A stretch of 64,000 nt of DNA from Octopus bimaculoides. Taxonomy: Eukaryota. The number at the start of each line of letters is the position of its first letter. Position 1 is the stretch's first letter. Shown one piece after another: positions 56,101 through 64,000 of this stretch. Below the pieces are notes generated by a model. That model saw nothing but the letters and a program-made list of their open reading frames with translations. It did not search any database and was not told where the DNA came from. The position numbers were made by a program, and so were the translations under genes. The stretch is from contig NC_069003.1 of NCBI RefSeq assembly GCF_001194135.2, positions 819,801 to 883,800 on the forward strand, in the 5' to 3' direction.

Positions 56101-57001
56101 TAGAGAGACTGGTATATTGGGCGTGTTCAAATTGTGATTTCAGAGAACCAAAGGCTTTTGTAGTGGTGGTAACAAGACGAACAAGATGCAGAGAACATCT
56201 CTGAAGCATTGATGGTAATATTTTGATGGCATCATCAATGCTTTGGAGGGTTTGCTTCAAAATGTGCTTAGCTTAACGATTATGTGTGTAAATGTGTATG
56301 TGTGTTTATTTGTGTGAGTTTGAGTGTGTATGTGTGTATATTTCTGCTGTAATATTGTCCTATAGATGTAACCAGTACTTCATTGTGAAATCCATTGGAA
56401 CTTTGTAGCAGGTCTGTAACTGATAAAAAGAAGTACATATGGCTCTTAAATATAAGCCTTGCCTCCTAGACATTGTCGAAGATATGCGCGGTTGTATTGT
56501 GTCTGTGTGCGCCTGTGTATACGCATGGACGTGTGTGCGTGTGTGTGTCGCAGTTGTTCTGCATTTGGTATGTCAGCATTTGACTTAGATGGGTTGAGCT
56601 TCAAACAAAGTTAAGACATCCCTTCAAGTTTGTAAGGAGGCAGAAACTGACTGCACTGAACTATTTTCTGGTTATATTCGTCGTGTACTTTTCGCGAGTT
56701 TCTCTATGTTTTGTGAGTCTGAATTTGTGCCTGAGAGAGAGACACATTGTACGTGAGTGTATGGTTTGAAATGGAAGAGGAAATATGCTGTTAATGCACA
56801 AACAGCATTGAAGACATACTTGAGTGGCACATTAGCAGTGATGAAGTACTTTTCTGGTGATAATGTCACTCTGCCACATGTGGAGATGGTTTCATTGCAT
56901 TGTTTAAGGAGACTAATTTGTTATTGTCTCAATCAATTAAAGACTCAAGTTTTCTGCTCATAAAAGTTCTTAAATCCTGTTGTTGGTATTATAATTTCTA
57001 G

Positions 57002-57039
<38 letters not shown>

Positions 57040-57735
57040 ATAACTTACATAGGAGTATTCGGTGTATCAGGAAGTAGGAAGTCTGAGTCTAACATAAAAC
57101 GTGGGAGATATAACTGAACTTTGTAGCACACTGAATATAATAAAAAACTGGGTTTGGAGAAAAATAATCGATGAACAAGGAAACCGTTGCGCGGTCTTTT
57201 CGTGACCCGTCTGTTTAACCCAGATACGAGACATGATGGGCAATTAACCTGCTACGGTGCACTCTTACTTGGAAAGACATGCGCTGCAAGAATTGACCCA
57301 AGCAAAAAGTTCTCTCTGTAAACGATTCGTGTGAATCATATACGACGAGAGGAACATATTGCAGCGTGTGACTTTCAGTGAGCCTTTTAATATTATATAC
57401 GTATATAAACGTAATGCATAGATAGATACATACATACACACACGCACACACATTGTTGCTATTATGTTAAACTGTCGTATGTCCAAATTTGGCCAAATGC
57501 GTTTTGTTTTTCAATGTTTACTCTTGCCTGCAATAGCCGGTTCTTTTGGTCAAACTCTCGTATTTCCAGTCGCATCAGATGCTAAGATATCGAAAATTGT
57601 CAAAATGGAGTACAGTTTAGAACAGAGTGAGATAAACAATTCTACTCAGGAACAACACACCAAACAGTCAACGATTCGAAATCATGATCCCACTGCCATG
57701 AATGCAACACGTTTGTCACTTGGTCATGCGCCCTC

Positions 57736-57853
<118 letters not shown>

Positions 57854-58010
57854 ATATTTGTATATATGTATATGTAGTGAGTGAGAGGGAGATATATATA
57901 GATGCATGAAAAGAGAAAGAGAGTAGGCGCGAGAGGGAGGTTATATAATTAACTAACCTGAAAATAGAATAAAAAATTCAAAATGGTGGTAGAAACGATG
58001 CAGATGTTCA

Positions 58011-58022
58011 GCCGCCATCTTG
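58011..58022 (-). promoter_or_regulatory. Perfect YY1/Pho-type consensus site (CAAGATGGCGGC)
   Basis: Plus strand gccgccatcttg is the reverse complement of the extended YY1 consensus. Function not shown. Confidence 0.3.
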
Positions 58023-59005
58023 GATACTTGTACAAATAGCAGAAAAATGCGGGAATTTTTATTTTTCTTGGTTCTTTGTAACTTGAATTGTTGTTATTGT
58101 CGTTAAAAAAAAAATTATTGCCTTCACAACAACAACACCACTACTATCACTACCACTATCACTACTACTACTACTAACGCCACCACAATCATCAACAACA
58201 GCAACGCACCGCTGCTGTTGTGCTGCTGCAGTTGTTGTTGCTGTTGCTACAGCTGCATCACATTCGCTTTACCTATTTGCAAACATTAGAGTGACTGGCG
58301 CCCTTTTCGTGTTTGAACGTGGGGATGTCGACGTCGGTGAAGACACCGACCACAACGACGACGACGACGACGACGACGACAGTGCTGCTGCTGATGACGA
58401 TGCTGCTGCTGATGATGATGATGATCGCCAGGGTCATCACAATCATCGTTATCATTATGAACATCAACAACAAATTCCCACGTCATCATCTTTATCATTA
58501 TAGTCTTAGATGCCGCAGATTTCGTTGTCATCACTTTCTTCGTCGTCGTTATCATAGTCAGCATCATCACCACCACCATCATCATCACCATCACCATCAT
58601 CATCATGTCTCTCTTCCTATCTTTGCTCAGACTCCATTTATGTATCCTTTTCTAGTTCTCATTTGCCCCCCCCACTCCTATGATTACCAACAGAAAAACG
58701 CCATCCCATTTATAACCATCACTATCCACCTCCCACAACACCACCACCATCAACACAATCATCCACACCACCACCACAAACACCCANNNNNNNNNNNNNN
58801 NNNNNNNNNNNNNNNNNNNNNNNNNNNNNNNNNNNNNNNNNNNNNNNNNNNNNNNNNNNNNNNNNNNNNNNNNNNNNNNNNNNNNNNNNNNNNNNNNNNN
58901 NNNNNNNNNNNNNNNNNNNNNNNNNNNNNNNNNNNNNNNNNNNNNNNNNNNNNNNNNNNNNNNNNNNNNNNNNNNNNNNNNNNNNNNNNNNNNNNNNNNN
59001 NNNNN

Positions 59006-59064
<59 letters not shown>

Positions 59065-59291
59065 TATATATTTATATATGCATACATATGTTTGTATATG
59101 TGTGTGTTTGTAGGTATGTATACAAATAGAGATCTGCATGGATGTATACAAATACCTATACATACACACCCATACATACGCACATACGTATATATATATA
59201 TATGTATATATGTATAAATATATATATAATTATATAGATATATATATATAAATATATGTATAATCATATATATATATAAAAAAATAAATAA

Positions 59292-59322
<31 letters not shown>

Positions 59323-62220
59323 TATATATATACACGTGCGCAAAAACTCCCTCACCAAGAAAAACACTAAACGATGATTCCTAGCTATAACAACTCGCAA
59401 AACAATCGAGTTTTATAATAAAAAGAAAAAAATGAAACAAAAAACCTAGAATAATATTTGACGAAAAATATTGAAAACGTCTAAAAATGTTGAAGCAGAA
59501 AAACGAACGGAGAAAGTGAAACACGCAAAAACAAACATGCGCATGTGCAAACACACTCAGTAAATTAGCAATTATCTTAATAAAGGGTAAATGCAAAAGA
59601 AAAAAAGAATAAGAAAGAAAAGGAAGAAAAACGTAGCTTATATTTAACGAAATTATAATTTGGAGTACATAAAAAATTATTAAAGATGATGATAATATAA
59701 ATAAATTAAATTTTTGAAGAAAAAGCGAAAAAACTTGAAATGTTCAACTGCGTCGAGGTTATGGGCGCCATGTTGGATTGTTTGTTTAAATCGCCAAATG
59801 TGTTCTGGTTTCTTTATTATGTTTCCTTGAAAGTCTATGTTGTTATGTTTATTGAATTTGGAGTGATTCACGTCTTGCACGTTAGGACTTGTGCGCATAC
59901 ATTTACACATGCACGTGTGTATGCATCTATAGATAGATATATAACACACATACACAGACATATGTGTATATATATGTGCATACTACCATATATATGTGTG
60001 TGTGTGTGTCTGTGCGCACATAGGTATATGTATATTCATTTTCATATGTACACACACACTCCCATTTAAATATGTATCCATGTGTATACATATAGTATAT
60101 ATATATATACACACATACACAGACACACACACTGACACACACATATTCCTCCATACATATCAACATGCATGCGCAAGAGTATAACACAACACACGTACAC
60201 TTTCACATACACACACAAATATTTATTTTTGTTTGTATTTATATGTATATATATGTATGTATGTATCTATCTATATTTTTCTATATACCTAGATATATAG
60301 ACATGGCATGTTTATGTGTGTGTGTATATATATATATATATATAAATACACACACACACACGTACATATATATANNNNNNNNNNNNNNNNNNNNNNNNNN
60401 ATATATGCATACACACACATGTTCTTTCATACATATACACACGAACATGCTGTCTTCCATACATACATAAAGAGGCAATCATATTGCTGTAAATGTACTT
60501 TCGCTCTCTATGCAGGCCTCTGTGGATGTGTATATATATATATCCTGACATTATACACCCTGTGTACGATGAAGGTACATCTACACACTGTTGGATATAT
60601 TTAGTTTTAAATTTTCATTTTGTTGCCCATTTTTTTTATTTTCCTATTTGTGTCCTTCTTGTTTTACTTCTTTCATCTCCCCCGCCCCCTTCCGCTGCTT
60701 CCTCCTCCTCATGTTATTATTATTATCATTACTATTTTCATCATCATCATTATCATCATCATCAGCAGCACCCTCCTCCTTCTCCTCCTCGTCGTCGTCA
60801 TCGTCCATTATTATCATCGTCATCATCAGCACTTCATTGCAGTTTCCTTGTTTTTCAACTTCCGTTCCCAATGTATTTCAAATTACTCACTCTTCTTCTT
60901 CTTCTTCTTCTTCTTCTTCTTCTTCTTCTTCTTCTTCCCCCTCTCTCTCTCCCCAGCAATCAGATCACCGCTAGGTGTCTCTATACTCTACGTAACTTAT
61001 TTCGCATTTTTCCGTCTATTTTTTCCTGAAAGGAATACACCCAAACCCTTCCATCTTCCACCCCCACCACAGACCAACCAACAAACAACAACAACAACAA
61101 CAACAGCAACAACAACAAAAGCATCAGCACAATAAACACATATCGCAAACAGCAGCTCTAAAAATAATCGAAAAAAACTGTTTATTTTCCAATAAATGAA
61201 AGTTAGAGAGACAAAAAGAAACTTCGGTTCGGAAAAAAAGTGAAGACAAAAATTTACGTTTATTTTTGAAAGTAAAATGTTGTATGTTTGTAATTCTTCA
61301 TAGAAATTCATTATTTTTCCTCCCAAATACACAGAAAATTAGCAATTATCTTGGTAACGGCAAAATGTAAATTAGTTTATATTTTAACGAATTAAAAAAC
61401 TGAAAACATATACTCATATATATATATAAAATAAAGGGGGAAATTATAATTAGAGGAGTTTGTACAAAGAGAAAAAATAAATTTAGGAGAAATTTTAAAA
61501 CAGCCACATAAAAATAAATCAGTAAATATTATGTATGTATATGTGTGTGCGTGTGTGAGGGTATACATATACAGACACATACATGCATACATATATAAGG
61601 GCATACCTCTCTTTACGTGTACCTATATATGTGTTTGTGTGCTTGTGTTTGCGTGCGTATGCGTTCGTATCTCAGCATGTGAAGCAATGTCGTCTGTTGC
61701 ATTCGCCATTTTGTTTTGTTTTGAAGTTTAAGAATTTCTCCTACTCAAAGCTATGTCCTCGGTATACTGTGACGACGACGACGACGACGATGATGATGGT
61801 GGTGATTACGATGATGATGATGATGTTTGCGGTGTGCTTGATTCTTGTTGTTATTGATGTTATTATTTTGGTGATGATGTTGATAATGGTAATAATGATG
61901 ATGCTGTTGCCAGTGATGAAGCGATCTTTCTGTTGACCGATTACTGACGTCACTATTTGTGTCCTTCGTAAATTAAAGCAACTACGACACCGTTGATCTC
62001 TTCCTCTCTAGTATTAAATAAAGAAATACAGTATAATAATTCAAGATGGCTGACAAAGTTTCGTCATCCGAAACGTCAATTGTCTGCCCCACCCTCAGAC
62101 AATGTTATTAAAACTTATTCAATGTTTTGACATTCATTATTTACTTGAGGCGGGCGTGGGTTCTAATTAAATTGTTGTCATTAATTGCATTTAATATGTT
62201 GTCAGTAAATTTTAAATGCA

Positions 62221-62420
62221 GCGAGCTCGAAGAATCGTTGGCAAAATGCTTCGTGATATTTCTGAGCTCAAATTCTACTCAAGTCGACTTTGTCTTTCAT
62301 CCTCTCGGGAAGTCGACAAAGTAAGATATAGTCATACCGTGTGGTTGATCCAATCGATTAGCTGATCCAATCGATTGGTTGATGCAATCGATTTGCTTCC
62401 CTCACACTAAATTATCCCTT
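62221..62420 (+). mobile_element. Old SINE family A copy with an internal 17-bp triplication
   Basis: gcgagctcgaagaatcgtt...ctgagctcaaattctactcaagtcgactttgtctttcatcctctcggg, then three copies of gttgatccaatcgatt-like units. Confidence 0.65.
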
Positions 62421-62451
62421 TTCTAAAAAGTTTTGTTGTTTTTGTTGTTGC

Positions 62452-62515
<64 letters not shown>

Positions 62516-62950
62516 GTTATTATTCTACCTTTTCTTTTTCTACTTATTATTGTTGGTGGAGGTCTTCTTCTTCTTCTTCTTCTTCTTCTTCTTCTTCTTC
62601 TTCTTCTTCTTCTTCTTCTTCTTCTCTTTCTCTTTTATCTGGTTTCACTTACTTTTGGCGAGGTGCTACACGTAAACAGCTTTGTTTTATACTAATTGCC
62701 ACCCCACGGATAAGGCGACGGGTAGCGGCAGTTCTTTTATAATACTTTATACCCGATCACTAAACACTTGTAACACACCAGGGTGCCGTCGACTTTGGGT
62801 GGATTGCAAATATCTCTATTTTCAGCAGAGACAATGGAATGCGATTAAAGATTTTGGGAAGTAGGGATACAGAGTGAGCACGTACGAGTGCGCGCGCGCG
62901 CGCGTGTGTGTGTGTGCATAATTGTACCTGTGCGTAACAGCATTACTTAC

Positions 62951-63056
62951 CTGTGTATTGTATGACATAATGGGAGCGTTTGCGTGAGAAGGGACGAGGA
63001 TGGATCGAGGTGAAGACTGCTGGGTGCCTCACAGACATTATTATCAGGGCTACCTT
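62951..63056 (-). other. Weak candidate internal exon (106 nt), no product assignable
   Basis: Acceptor gttagtgttttcag and perfect donor CAG|GTAAGTAA. Two frames are open (EGSPDNNVCEAPSSL... or KVALIIMSVRH...), or it could be a start-bearing exon encoding MSYNTQ. Confidence 0.18.
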
Positions 63057-63520
63057 CTGAAAACACTAACATCATTAACTTCAATAAAACAACTGCTATA
63101 GACTGTACCGTGACCACCACCATCTAACAACATCGAAACCTATATTAGTGTCGCCAAACGTTCAAGAAATATCGCTGCTATCCATCGTTACCATTACCAG
63201 TAACAGCACCAACAACAGCAGTAGCATCATCACTACCACCTCCACCAGCACCAGCACCCCCCCACCTGCTCCCCATCCACCCCCACCCGCATCCACCCCA
63301 AACACTACTCACCAACACCGCCAGCAATAAAAACACCCGTCATCACTGTCATCAGCAATACAAATACCATGGCCTCTACCACCCCACCACCACCTCCACT
63401 ATCATCATCAACAACAAAATAACTGCAAAAACAACAACAACAACAACAACAACAAAAGCAACAACACAAATATCTTATTAGGTCACGTTGACATTATCAG
63501 AATCATTAATTGTAAAAGAA

Positions 63521-63775
63521 GAAGGCATCGAATTGATAGACTCGTTTGCGAGTCAGACATTGCGAGTCAGACATTGCGAGTCAGACATTTTGCTTATCGA
63601 CGTTTCTTCTGACTCTTTACGTTCTGGGTTCAAATTCCACTGATGGCACACTTCACCTCTCATCTTTTCAGGGTCAATAAAATAGAGTAGCACTCCACTG
63701 GTGGAGTCGATATAATCGATTTGACCTGCTCCTTAAAAAAAAATTTAATGCTGGCCTTGTGCCAAAATTCGAAGC
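63521..63775 (+). mobile_element. Old SINE family A copy with an internal 14-bp triplication
   Basis: ctttacgttctgggttcaaattcc...gagtcgatataatcgat...ggccttgtgccaaaattcg, with (tgcgagtcagacat)x3 at 63547-63588. Confidence 0.65.
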
Positions 63776-64000
63776 CATTGAATATAATAGAGCAAAACAA
63801 GATATTATGTTGACGATTATACCTTAGATGATAATTGTTTCAAATCTGGCACCGAATCTGCAATTTTAAAGGGATGGGGCGGATAGTGGATCACATCGAA
63901 GCTCCCTACCTCCAATACAAAGATTCAGCCATTTTGACAGTGTTTATATAACTTCTTATTTAGGAATAAGAATCGGAAATTTAAAGAAGAAGAAGAAGAA

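Noticed and set aside
3466-57080. Several short AG...GT-bounded micro-exon candidates (e.g. 3466-3518 +, 24611-24675 -, 28281-28315 -, about 45866-45940 -, 54150-54182 +, 57048-57087 -)
   Set aside because: The peptides cannot be assigned to any family, phases and strands do not chain into a gene, and this number of such sites is expected at random.
57464-57720. ORF with a signal-peptide-like start (MRFVFQCLLLPAIAGSFG-QTL...) and a gtgaga donor
   Set aside because: There is no downstream partner exon or recognisable domain, the frame runs into (TA)n, and the segment RC*DI...TKQSTIR...RLSLGHA fits a decayed RTE C-terminus equally well.
62695-62810. GC-rich hairpins tested as an HDV-like ribozyme
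   Set aside because: There is no room for P2, and L3 and P1.1 consensus are absent. It reduces to a simple ~10-bp hairpin.
62941-62953. attacttacctg resembling the U1 snRNA 5' end
   Set aside because: The downstream sequence does not match U1. It is simply the antisense of a splice-donor consensus.

Overview
AT-rich eukaryotic DNA that I read as intronic or intergenic, with no recognisable protein-coding gene. About 26 N-gaps (roughly 5.7 kb by my count) are nearly all flanked by (TA)n, (GA)n or trinucleotide repeats. The SINE families and extreme microsatellite load resemble an Octopus (cephalopod) draft genome; this is recognition from memory, not a database result. Almost every ORF in the supplied track is an artefact of simple repeats or N runs. 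The real content is: three tRNA-type SINE families (about 12 copies, one with an intact target-site duplication); a Penelope-like element with a recognisable GIY-YIG endonuclease C-terminus; a mariner 5' end; a 278-bp foldback MITE; and many heavily decayed RTE- and R4/Dong-like LINE fragments that explain most exon-looking islands. The most unusual items are two GC-richer ~230-320 bp elements that fold into long RNA hairpins (1191-1517, which includes a partial hammerhead-like junction, and 46085-46320). I found no convincing new multi-gene system.
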